Shown piece by piece: positions 51,933 to 61,044 of a stretch of DNA of 64,000 nt. A program made the position numbers and the translations under genes. Positions within the stretch are counted from its first letter, which is position 1. Every line of letters begins with the position of its first letter. The stretch is from an uncultured delta proteobacterium (lineage in GTDB: Bacteria > Desulfobacterota > Binatia > Binatales > Binataceae). The DNA lies in assembly GCA_963782535.1 (NCBI GenBank), contig CAWAKE010000009.1, positions 246,222 to 310,221 on the forward strand, read 5' to 3'. Under the pieces are notes generated by a model, which did no database searches, was not told the DNA's origin, and worked only from the letters and a program-made list of their open reading frames with translations.

Positions 51933-51943
51933 TTAGTGATTGA

Positions 51944-53506
51944 CTAGGAGTCCGTCCGAGAAATTTCGCCGGTTAAGTTGATCTCCGGATTGGAGCGATT
52001 GGCTATTGATGATGCCGGTCGCCCCAGGATCCTGCGAAGCGCCGGCTGGTCGGCTGGCGACTACAAAGAGGTGCGCGTTTTGCTGCGGTATTTCTCGTGA
52101 CCGCCTGGATGACGGTTACGCATTGCAGAGCCGGTGCAACTTCAAAATGTTGTGGGTGAGACAGACCAGCGCCCACTCGCCCCGGACTTTAGCCAAGCCG
52201 CGCAAAAGAAAGCGGCGAAACCCGCGGGCCTCTTTGATCTGGCCGAAGACCGGCTCCACGATCGTTTTCCGTGTCACATAGATTGCCCGCCCCACCTTAG
52301 TCTGAAGCTTGCGTTTCATGCGGTCGACCCGCGTCGCATTGCGCGGTAACGGTCCGCGCGAGCAGGGCTGGCGGTATTCGTCATGCTTCTGCTTGCCAGT
52401 CGCGATATAGCAATCGATCGGGTCTCCAGACTGACCGAGAGCCGCCAGATACGCGAGGTTCTTCTCCGAGCAATAGCCACTGTCGGCCACGAGGCCGGTG
52501 GGTCGCTGTCCGCTCTGTTGCTCGATCACCTGGACCATCGGTTCGATTTGCTGTTTATCGTTGGCTGCCGGCGTCACGCTCTGCCCCACGATTAACTGCA
52601 ACACCGGCTCCACTGCCGCCTGCGCATTGTAGCCTTGCACCAGACCGTCGCTGCCCTGCATCAGGCGCGACTCCGGGTCGGTGAAATTGTATTGATCTTT
52701 GTCCGCGGGCTTCGCCGATTGCACTTCTGCGCGCGGCTTTCCGGCCTTCTCCGCCGACTGCCGCGCCCGCTCTTCCAGCGCCCGTTGCGCCGCGCGAATC
52801 TTCCTTAGCCGGCTCTCGCGCCGCTGCAACTCTGCGGGTAGCTCGTCGCCCCGCCGATCGGCCCCGTAGTGCGCGTCTTCGGCGGCGTCCACCGCCTCGG
52901 CCTGGGCCAGCAGTTCCCGGACCTCTGCGCGCAGTTGCCGTTGCCGCTCCTGCATCCGGCCATAGCTCATCGCTTTGTGCTTGCTGGCGTTGGCTTTCAG
53001 CTTGGTGCCGTCCAACGCCACCCGCCCCAGTTTCAGCGCTCCCGCTTCCAGCGCGATCTTCAGCACCTCTTCAAACAGCCCGGCCAGCGTCGCCAGATGG
53101 AGCTTGCGAAAATCTGCGATGGTACGGAAGTTCGGCGCGTTGCCCGCCGCCAGCACGCGAAACCCCACGTCCTCGATTAAACGCCGCTCGATGCGCCGCG
53201 AGCTAAATACCCCCACGCAATACCCATACACCAGCACCTTGGTCATCATCCGCGGATCGTAGGGCGGCTGCCCGCGTTGCTCGTCCCCATACGCCGCATC
53301 CAGCGCCGATAGGTTCAGATTGTCGACCACATCGCTGACGAAGTAGACCAGATGATTCTCGGGCAACCATTCACGCAGGCTCGGGGGAAGCAGAAACTCT
53401 TGATCCGGATGGTACGGTCGGTAGCTCTTACCCATGCCTAATTATCTACTACTCACACCCCGTTTTCTTCCTCAGTCAAATAACTATTTCTCGGACACGC
53501 TCCTAG
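51944..53506 (-). mobile_element. IS1182-family insertion sequence
   Basis: 21-bp imperfect IRs CTAGGAGTCCGTCCGAGAAAT (51944-51964) and CTAGGAGCGTGTCCGAGAAAT (reverse complement of 53486-53506), 18 of 21 identical. Encloses one 439-aa transposase gene. Begins 7 bp from the IS5 right-hand TSD. Confidence 0.7.
52116..53435 (-). CDS. IS1182-family transposase
   Basis: MGKSYRPYHPDQEFLLPPSLREWLPENHLVYFVSD N-terminus characteristic of IS1182-family transposases. Coiled-coil middle and C-terminal DDE domain (DSGYCSEKNL). Confidence 0.85.
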   Translation of the reverse strand: MGKSYRPYHPDQEFLLPPSLREWLPENHLVYFVSDVVDNLNLSALDAAYGDEQRGQPPYDPRMMTKVLVYGYCVGVFSSRRIERRLIEDVGFRVLAAGNAPNFRTIADFRKLHLATLAGLFEEVLKIALEAGALKLGRVALDGTKLKANASKHKAMSYGRMQERQRQLRAEVRELLAQAEAVDAAEDAHYGADRRGDELPAELQRRESRLRKIRAAQRALEERARQSAEKAGKPRAEVQSAKPADKDQYNFTDPESRLMQGSDGLVQGYNAQAAVEPVLQLIVGQSVTPAANDKQQIEPMVQVIEQQSGQRPTGLVADSGYCSEKNLAYLAALGQSGDPIDCYIATGKQKHDEYRQPCSRGPLPRNATRVDRMKRKLQTKVGRAIYVTRKTIVEPVFGQIKEARGFRRFLLRGLAKVRGEWALVCLTHNILKLHRLCNA

Positions 53507-53594
53507 GCCCCCGACGCGCTGTGCATCGGGGGCCTACCTCACGTGATTTCAACAACGTTCGCGATAGTAAGTCGGAAGAATTCAGATGGCGGCT

Positions 53595-54713
53595 TCAGGC
53601 GGCCACATGAGCCGTCATCGTGAGATCCGCGGGCTCCTGCAAGGGCTCGGTCTTCCAGCTCTTGACTTCGGGCATCACGTGTTTGACGAAGCATTTCAAG
53701 TTTCGCTCGGCTTCGTCGTATGGCATGCCGGCGTAGCTGAAGTTGAGCATGAAGCCGTTCGCGTCGATGGTCTCGCGGATCGTAGAGAGCTTCTCGATCA
53801 CCTGGCCCGGGGTCCCCCACGGCATCAATTTCGCAAAGTCGGCGGCCGCACCATCGATTCCGTGCTTAGCGATAAACTTGCCGACCTGACTATAGAATTC
53901 ATAACCCTTCTGACTGCCGAATTTGGACGAGGTCATTTCATAATGTTTAATCACCGTCCGGTATTGTGCGGATAGCCACTTCATCGCCTGCTCTTCGGCG
54001 CGGTCCTTGTTCTCATCGACAAACACGAAGCCTCCGCTCAGCGGTTTCGGCGCCGGTGTGGCTCCGTTAACTTCGCGCCACACGCGATGGTAGTTTTCGA
54101 AATCGACCTTTACGGCCTCCCACGGCTTCTGGGGAATGACCAGCAGACCGACGCCAAGCTTGGCCATGATCGGCATCGATTCTGGCGATACCGCGGCGGC
54201 ATAGGTGCGGCCTTTGAAGGACTTAAAAGGAAAGGGCCGAATTTCGCGGCGCGGCTGCTTGGTGTAGGCGCCGCCTTCCATGTAACCGGTTTCGAGGGCT
54301 CGCGTGATCAGCTGTGCATATTCGACGAAGAGATTCCGCCCTTCGTTTTGATCGAGGCGAAAGCCATCGTACTCGATTGGCGCAAGTCCGCGGCCGATCC
54401 CGAAGAGAAAGCGGCCGTCTGATACATGGTCGAGCATTGAGGCCTGCTCGGCGACACGAATCGGGTCATGCCAGGGGAGGACCACGACCATCGAGCCGAG
54501 CTTCACATGCTTGGTTCGCCCTGCCATGTAAGTCAGAAATTGAACGGGATCGGGACACATTGTGTAATCATCAAAATGATGTTCAATCGACCAGACGGAA
54601 TCGAAACCCAAGGGCTCGGCCATCTCGGCGAGTCGGATTTCATTGCGCCAGACCTCGCGGTCGGAGAGTTGATTATTGGGGTTTTGAAAGACTAATCCAT
54701 AACCGACGTGCAT
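53595..54713 (-). CDS. LLM-class flavin-dependent oxidoreductase
   Basis: Trimmed to MHVGYGLVFQNP; FDSVWSIEHHFDDYTMCPDPVQFL, KLGSMVVVLPWHDPIRVAEQASMLDHVSDGRFLFGIGRG. Confidence 0.8.
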   Translation of the reverse strand: MHVGYGLVFQNPNNQLSDREVWRNEIRLAEMAEPLGFDSVWSIEHHFDDYTMCPDPVQFLTYMAGRTKHVKLGSMVVVLPWHDPIRVAEQASMLDHVSDGRFLFGIGRGLAPIEYDGFRLDQNEGRNLFVEYAQLITRALETGYMEGGAYTKQPRREIRPFPFKSFKGRTYAAAVSPESMPIMAKLGVGLLVIPQKPWEAVKVDFENYHRVWREVNGATPAPKPLSGGFVFVDENKDRAEEQAMKWLSAQYRTVIKHYEMTSSKFGSQKGYEFYSQVGKFIAKHGIDGAAADFAKLMPWGTPGQVIEKLSTIRETIDANGFMLNFSYAGMPYDEAERNLKCFVKHVMPEVKSWKTEPLQEPADLTMTAHVAA

Positions 54714-54798
54714 AGTAGCCTCCTCGGGGGCAGAATTTTCCACGAAAGTTGACCGCACTCGCCACCGACAAATCTCTCAGGTTTTTATCGTCGCCATA

Positions 54799-55656
54799 TC
54801 AGAAACGGGCCTTCGGTACCGGAAGTCCCGCGATTTCCGAGCGCGCACGAAAGACGGTGCCCTTGAGATCGCGATTCTCAGTATTGTTTGCGGTAACCAC
54901 ATAGAGATCGCACATATCCGGACCGCCAAACGCGAGGCTCGTCACGGTTCGCGCTGGGATCTTGATTCGTTGGTCGAGCGTGCCGTTGCTTTTGAAGCGG
55001 ACTACTTCACCGGGACCGGCGACGACCGCAACCCAGACCCCGCCTTCCGCGTCAATCGTCAATCCATCCGGCATACCCTCGGGCAGCCGCGCAAATACGC
55101 GGCGATCACTGACGGTACGGTCCGGACGTACGTCATGCACCCAAATCGCGCGCGTGGTTGAATCGCTATGATAAAGCAGCTTGCGATCGCGGCTGAATCC
55201 AAGGCCATTAGTCACTTCCACGCCTTCCCACAATTTGGTGACTTTTCCCGGCGGATCGATCCGGAAAAGTGAACCGGGCGGAGGGGTGCTCTTGAAGTCG
55301 AACTGGTTAATGTCGCAGCCGAAGGTTCCACTCCATATACTACCTTGGTCGTCGACAGTTAGGTCATTCATGCCGAAGAGTGGTTTTCCCTCCCACTGCG
55401 CAAACAAATCGGTGATGCGTCCGCTTTTCTCATCCCAATGCGCCAGTGTCGCTCCGGTGACGATCAATCCGCCCGAAGCGTTCAAGGCGATACCGCCCAC
55501 GGACTTGCGTCCCGGTATCAGAGTTTCAATCGCGCCATCGGGACTGCGCCGGAAAACGCCACCACCGCGTATGTCGCTATAGTAAAGGCGATTTTGCTCA
55601 TCGGTCCGCGGTCCTTCGAGTAGGCCGTAGCCGGTTGCCAAGGTTTCGAATTGCAT
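54799..55656 (-). CDS. SMP-30/gluconolactonase/LRE-family six-bladed beta-propeller hydrolase
   Basis: 285 aa. EGP..D...LYYSD opening, repeated ..DG.L.. blades, PDGLTIDAEGGVWVA. Confidence 0.8.
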   Translation of the reverse strand: MQFETLATGYGLLEGPRTDEQNRLYYSDIRGGGVFRRSPDGAIETLIPGRKSVGGIALNASGGLIVTGATLAHWDEKSGRITDLFAQWEGKPLFGMNDLTVDDQGSIWSGTFGCDINQFDFKSTPPPGSLFRIDPPGKVTKLWEGVEVTNGLGFSRDRKLLYHSDSTTRAIWVHDVRPDRTVSDRRVFARLPEGMPDGLTIDAEGGVWVAVVAGPGEVVRFKSNGTLDQRIKIPARTVTSLAFGGPDMCDLYVVTANNTENRDLKGTVFRARSEIAGLPVPKARF

Positions 55657-56095
55657 AGGCCTGTTCCTTTACGCCGTCGCTAAAACTATGATTCCTGATC
55701 GGGCAAGACTCGCGATGTCGAGATCTTGCGGTACACCCCCAACGACGCCGCGAGCGAAGCCGCAGCGAGTACGCAATCTTCAATCCGTTCCGCGGGGCCG
55801 GTCACCAGCGAACCCGCGGAGTCGCCACCATAATTGTCCGAAACTTACCGCTGTTGCATTATTGACTGCAAACGGTATTGGAGACTGGGCAAAGGTGGGG
55901 ATGGGGAACCGACCCTGCGCACGCGATACGCGATATCCTTGGCGCTGGCTGTTGCGCCAATAGGGTGGTAATCAGTCACATGTCGAACCGATCGCTCGGC
56001 CCGCAATTTGGACGGAGGCTAACGGGTGGAATGGGGTTAAGCCTATTCATCGCGAATGCTCGATTGGCGCGGCGATTTAACAATGGGAGAGCAAA

Positions 56096-56881
56096 ATGAC
56101 GGAATCGAAATATGGCGACGTGTCGGTCGAGGTCAAGAACTATGTAGCGTGCGTCGAGATTCATCGGCCGCCGCACAATTTTTTCGATGTTCAACTCATC
56201 CGCGACCTCGCCACTGCGTTCAACGCGCTGGATGAGGATGCGGCGTGTCGGGCCTCTGTCCTGTGTGCTGAGGGCAAGTCATTTTGCGCAGGCGCCAATT
56301 TCGCGAATCGCAACGCTACCGGCGTCGAACCCGGCGTCGAAAAGCGCAACCCGCTCTATTCCGAAGCGGTGCGTCTGTTTGCCTGCAAGAAACCTATAGT
56401 CGGTGCAATTCAAGGTGCGGCGATCGGCGGCGGCCTCGGACTCGCGCTGGTTCCCGACTTTCGCGTTGCAGCTCCGGAGGCGCGCTTCGCCGCGAACTTT
56501 GTCAAAATTGGCTTCCATCCGGGATTCGGCCTCACTTATATCCTGCCGCGACTGATCGGCGTCCAGAAAGCCAACCTGATGTTTCTTACGGGCCGGCGCA
56601 TTTCGGGCGAGGAGGCTTTTGCATGGGGACTCGCCGATATGCTGGTCCCGGCCGATCGGCTGCGTGCGACAGCGATGGAACTCGCGGCCGAAATCGCGGA
56701 AAATGCGCCTCTGGCAGTGGTTTCAACTCGCACGACTGGCCGTCGCGGACTCAGTGAAGCAGTACAGGCACAGACCGATCTCGAGTTCGTCGAGCAAGAT
56801 CGGCTGATGCGTACCGAGGACCATCGCGAGGGAATCAAAGCCGTCGCCGAACGTCGTCCCGGACGCTTCGTTGGTAAGTGA
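56096..56881 (+). CDS. enoyl-CoA hydratase/isomerase family protein
   Basis: EIHRPPHNFF, SFCAGANFAN, AIQGAAIGGGLGLALVPDFRV crotonase motifs. Confidence 0.8.
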   Translation: MTESKYGDVSVEVKNYVACVEIHRPPHNFFDVQLIRDLATAFNALDEDAACRASVLCAEGKSFCAGANFANRNATGVEPGVEKRNPLYSEAVRLFACKKPIVGAIQGAAIGGGLGLALVPDFRVAAPEARFAANFVKIGFHPGFGLTYILPRLIGVQKANLMFLTGRRISGEEAFAWGLADMLVPADRLRATAMELAAEIAENAPLAVVSTRTTGRRGLSEAVQAQTDLEFVEQDRLMRTEDHREGIKAVAERRPGRFVGK

Positions 56882-56952
56882 CAGGCGCGCAGACAGAATC
56901 GAAGATTCAACCGGACTCATAACGCCGACACGGCGCAAGCAGGAATCGAGCA

Positions 56953-58119
56953 ATGACGAAGGTGCAGGTAGACGGCAAGTGCGACGCGCGTTTTGAGCGC
57001 ATGCGCGAGGCGTTCGTCCGGAATTTCGTCAGCCGTGGCGACGTTGGCGCCGCGGTCGCCGTGACCATCGATGGCAAAATGGCCGTTGACCTGTGGGGCG
57101 GCCACGCCGACAAAGAGCGCACGCGGCCTTGGCGGCGTGACACGATTGTGAATGTCTATTCGGCGACCAAGGGTGTTGCCGCAACCTGTTTCAATCGACT
57201 CGTCGATCAAGGTCGAGTCGATCTTGACGCACCGGTTGCGACCTATTGGCCGGAATTCGCGCAGGCCGGAAAAGAGACTATTCCAGTACGGTGGCTGTTG
57301 AGTCATCGCGCGGGCTTGCCTGCAATACGAAAAACACTGCCCTCGGATGCATTACTCAGTTGGGACATGATGACAACGGCGCTGGCGGAACAGGCACCAT
57401 GGTGGGAACCCGGCACCAGACACGGATATCACGCGCTGACCTTTGGCTATCTGGTGGGCGAGGTGGTGCGCCGGGTGAGCGGAAGGAGTCTTGGCCAGTA
57501 CTGTCGCGAGGAAATCAGCGGTCCGTTGGCGATTGACTTTCATATCGGTCTCGATGCGAGCGATGACGCGCGTTGCGCCGAGGTAATCGCGGCGCTACCA
57601 CCGCTGGCCGGAGTATCGAATCCGCTCAACGATGCGGTGACGAGCGATCCCGAGTCGATGCCGGCGAAGGCGTTGAACAATCCGGTGGGCGCGTTGAAGC
57701 TGAGTATGATCAATTCGCCAGCCTGGCGTCGCGCGGAGATTCCAGCGGCCAATGGCCACACCAACGCCCGGGCGCTCGCACGCTTTTATGGAGCGCTGGC
57801 GTGCGGCGGCGAGCTGGATGGCGTACGCATACTGAGTCCGGTCCAGGTCGAGCGGTGTTACGCGGAGGAAGCGAGCGGTATCGATGCCGTACTGTCAGTG
57901 CCGATGCGCTTTGGTCTCGGCTACCGGCTGACCCAGCCCGCGGCTCCATACGGACCGAATCCGCACACCTTCGGCCACACGGGCGCAGGCGGTTCACTTG
58001 GGTTCGCCGATCCCGACGCACGCATCGGGTTTGCTTACACGATGAATCAAATGGGATCGCAGATACTGCTCGACTCACGGGTTTCCGTACTCCTCGACGC
58101 GCTGTATTCGGCGGTATAG
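56953..58119 (+). CDS. serine hydrolase, beta-lactamase/esterase (EstB-like) family
   Basis: SxxK nucleophile motif SATKGV, later YHA and HTGAGGS elements of class-C-like serine hydrolases. 388 aa. Confidence 0.75.
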   Translation: MTKVQVDGKCDARFERMREAFVRNFVSRGDVGAAVAVTIDGKMAVDLWGGHADKERTRPWRRDTIVNVYSATKGVAATCFNRLVDQGRVDLDAPVATYWPEFAQAGKETIPVRWLLSHRAGLPAIRKTLPSDALLSWDMMTTALAEQAPWWEPGTRHGYHALTFGYLVGEVVRRVSGRSLGQYCREEISGPLAIDFHIGLDASDDARCAEVIAALPPLAGVSNPLNDAVTSDPESMPAKALNNPVGALKLSMINSPAWRRAEIPAANGHTNARALARFYGALACGGELDGVRILSPVQVERCYAEEASGIDAVLSVPMRFGLGYRLTQPAAPYGPNPHTFGHTGAGGSLGFADPDARIGFAYTMNQMGSQILLDSRVSVLLDALYSAV

Positions 58120-58178
58120 CAGGAGGTTGCAATAGCCAGTCGCGGATTGCGCAGAGCCGATCATTCAAAGTGCTTCTG

Positions 58179-59189
58179 CTAATTTGTCAGGGCGGAGCGC
58201 GTGACCTTCGCAAGTTTGACTATTGTGCGCAGGGGCCGGGAAGTATCTTTTCTCGGAAACCACAGTTCGGCGGTCACGGATACTTCACCGACATAAATGT
58301 CGCCGGCGGAATCCACTGCGATGCCGTGAGGAGCGATCATCTGGTTCGGTCCATCGCCTTGCGCATTGTCGAGCAGATTCGCTCTGAGTTTTCCGTCTAG
58401 ACTATAGATGCTAATTCGCGGTCCGCAGGCGGGTTGATTGCAAATCTCCCAAAGCTCTTTCGCGTTTTGACACCACCAAGCCGAGGATAGCTCGCCGATG
58501 TAACAGGTTTGCGAGCCGCGGGTGTCGATGTACATACCACACGGACGGGCCATTCCGGTCCATATATCTTCGAGTTTGCCGTTCGGAGTAAATATCTGGA
58601 CACGCTGGTTCTCGCGATCTGCAACGTAAACGTATCCGTCGCGGTCGGTGGCTATATTGTGCGGGAGATTGAATTGCCCTGGGCGATTTCCCGGCTCTCC
58701 CCATGAATTGAGCAATCGCCCGTCGGGAGTGTACTTGTGCACGCTGGCGTTGCCGTAGCCGTCGGAGACGAATAACTCTCCACTGACAGGGTGAATCGCG
58801 AGGTGAGTACATCGGCAGAAGGGCAGGCCGCTCATGCTCCTGGCGGGTTTGCCGCTGGTGCCAAGCGTCAGCAGGACCTTGCCGTCGGGGGTGCATTTTC
58901 TGACTGTGTGGTCCAGCGTATCGGTCAGCCAAATGGAGTCGTCAGGGCCGACCGTCACCGCGTGCGCGTTGGGAAACATGGATTTGTCGCCCCAGGAGCG
59001 GACGAATTCACCGTGGCGATCCAACACGATCACGGGACGCTTGCCGCGATTGAATAAATATACGTGTCCCCTGGAATCCACGCCCACGCCGGCTACGTCG
59101 GAGGTCCCGTCGATGCCGGTTGCGCCCGACATGCCCCAGCCTTCCACGATTTCGTAGGTGTATTCGTCGTTGCCAGTCAGTATTGACAT
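58179..59189 (-). CDS. NHL-repeat six-bladed beta-propeller protein
   Basis: Trimmed to MSILTGNDEYTYE. Repeated NHL-like units (..PHGIAVDSAGDIYV.., ..PHNIATDRDGYVYVAD.., ..HAVTVGPDDSIWLTD..). Confidence 0.65.
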   Translation of the reverse strand: MSILTGNDEYTYEIVEGWGMSGATGIDGTSDVAGVGVDSRGHVYLFNRGKRPVIVLDRHGEFVRSWGDKSMFPNAHAVTVGPDDSIWLTDTLDHTVRKCTPDGKVLLTLGTSGKPARSMSGLPFCRCTHLAIHPVSGELFVSDGYGNASVHKYTPDGRLLNSWGEPGNRPGQFNLPHNIATDRDGYVYVADRENQRVQIFTPNGKLEDIWTGMARPCGMYIDTRGSQTCYIGELSSAWWCQNAKELWEICNQPACGPRISIYSLDGKLRANLLDNAQGDGPNQMIAPHGIAVDSAGDIYVGEVSVTAELWFPRKDTSRPLRTIVKLAKVTRSALTN

Positions 59190-59227
59190 CGCAGTTCTCC
59201 CGAGGAGGCAGTGATGCGGTTCATCAG

Positions 59228-60370
59228 TTACCACAGCTTTTGCGAGGCGAGTTTTGCGCCCTCTGACATCGATTTCAATTTCGCCCAAGTGATTGTCGGG
59301 TCAACCGGAGTATAGTTCGCAACCGTTGCAAACCCACAGTCGCTGCCAACGATCACGTTTTCGCGGCCCACCACGCCGGCGAGATTACAAATACGCTGGG
59401 CGATGAGTTCCGGATGCTCGATGTAGTTATTGGTGGAGTCGATTACCCCCGGTATCAAGATTTTTCCGGCGGGCAGTTTGACGTCTCTGAACACCGCCCA
59501 TTCGTGTTCGTGGCGGGGGTTGGCGCCCTCGTACGAGATGCCCGCCGCATGAGCTTTGAACACGATATCGATGATGTCGCGGATGGGAATGTCGCGGTGG
59601 TGCGGCCCTTCGTAGTTTCCCCAGCACAGATGGATGCGGACGCGGTCTTCTGGAATATCGGCGAGCGCATGATTGAGCGCTTCGACGTGCATTTCGAGAT
59701 GCTTGCGAAACTCGGCTACAGTCGCGTCGGGAAATTGAATGTGACGCCCCATCGCGAAGTCCGGACAATCGACCTGGAGGATAAATCCGGCCTGATGGAT
59801 AGCATTATATTCGGCCTTCATCGCGTCGGCGAGCGCAGCCAGATAGGCTTCGTGAGTTTTGTAGTAGTGATTGCCTAAAAAGATCGAAATCACCCCCGGC
59901 GACGCCGCGCTGAGGAAGGCTTCGGCGGGGTTGAAATCGGCGACAGCGGCTTTGAGATTGGCGATATCCCGGCTGACGGCGCCGTGTTCCCGATAGGTAA
60001 TCGCCTCAGTGCACGCGGGTCGTTTGAGGGTCTCGAGCACGCCTTGACGGGCGAAGCGCTCGCCAAATTCCGGGTAATCTGCGATGTCGCCGATGGCCAT
60101 CACGTCCGCTTCGCCCTGAAACCCGGTCAGGCGATCCTTGACGTAGGTGGCATAGGAGGGCTTGCTGGCCTCGCCGTCATTGACGATATCGACCCCAGCG
60201 TCGATTTGCTGACGCACGACCTCGGTGACGGCCGAACGAACGCGTGCGTCGAGCCGCGCGACGTCGGCTTGCTGACAACTCTCGGCGGCTGCGAAAAGCG
60301 GAAGCAAATCGTTCGGTCGCGGCAGGCTTCCGGTATGGGTAGTGAGGATGCGTTCGGTGCTGCGTTTCAT
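59228..60370 (-). CDS. cobalamin-independent methionine-synthase (MetE C-terminal domain)-like protein
   Basis: TTHTGSLPRP opening and Zn-ligand-like His/Cys/Glu pattern (..IHLCWGNYEG.., ..GSDCGF..) of the UroD/MetE TIM-barrel family. 380 aa, AAAGGAG RBS. Confidence 0.7.
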   Translation of the reverse strand: MKRSTERILTTHTGSLPRPNDLLPLFAAAESCQQADVARLDARVRSAVTEVVRQQIDAGVDIVNDGEASKPSYATYVKDRLTGFQGEADVMAIGDIADYPEFGERFARQGVLETLKRPACTEAITYREHGAVSRDIANLKAAVADFNPAEAFLSAASPGVISIFLGNHYYKTHEAYLAALADAMKAEYNAIHQAGFILQVDCPDFAMGRHIQFPDATVAEFRKHLEMHVEALNHALADIPEDRVRIHLCWGNYEGPHHRDIPIRDIIDIVFKAHAAGISYEGANPRHEHEWAVFRDVKLPAGKILIPGVIDSTNNYIEHPELIAQRICNLAGVVGRENVIVGSDCGFATVANYTPVDPTITWAKLKSMSEGAKLASQKLW

Positions 60371-60528
60371 GGCGATCTCCTTTCATGCCGACTCTGGCGC
60401 GGTGGCAGGCGAGGGCTTAGAAAAGTGGGTTTGTTTTGTGAGAAAATAATTTTGCACTTCGCCGACGATCCGGCAACCAGCCGATAACCTGTATCGGCGA
60501 CCGCGGCATCCCGGCAAGCTATCGCATC

Positions 60529-60831
60529 ATGGACAGCTTCGGCTCGCACTCCTTCCAGTGGGTAAACGCCGCGGGCGAAGCGGTCCCGGTGAAATACCAT
60601 TTCAAGTTCGAACAGGGGATCGCAACTCCGCCCGCCGGGGAGGCCGCGCGACTGGCCGGCGCGCTTTATCGATTGATGAACGAGGCCGAAAAACAGCGGC
60701 TGACCGCAAATACTGAGGACCGTCTTGGGCGGGTGAGCAAGGACGAGATAGTTGAGCGGCCGATCATGAATTTCCGCAAGGCCGATCCCGATTATGGTGA
60801 AAGTGTGGGGACGGCGGTGGCGGCGAAGTGA
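60529..60831 (+). pseudogene. catalase remnant (5' half missing, internal in-frame deletion)
   Basis: FGSHSFQWVNAAGEAVPVKYHFKFEQGI matches the catalase core segment (FGSHTFK.VN..G.....KFH.K..QG). ..ALYRLMNEAEKQRLTANT...IMNFRKADPDYGESV matches the catalase C-terminal helical region. These normally lie ~200 aa apart but are contiguous here. Nothing catalase-like lies upstream of 60529. Confidence 0.65.
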
Positions 60832-61044
60832 GCCGCGTGTTAGCCGACGCGCGTCATGCGGCAGACGACCGGCGATCGCACGGCACGATTCGGGTCACCC
60901 CGGCGACATCGCTTGACGCGGACGCCACGCGCGGGCCAAGTTAAAATGACTTGGTGACTAATGGGTCAAGGTCCCACTAGTCGTTTTGAGCGATGAGGTA
61001 AGCGTCGAACTCGCGAGCGCAAAGCTGCGCTGGAATGCTAGTCT

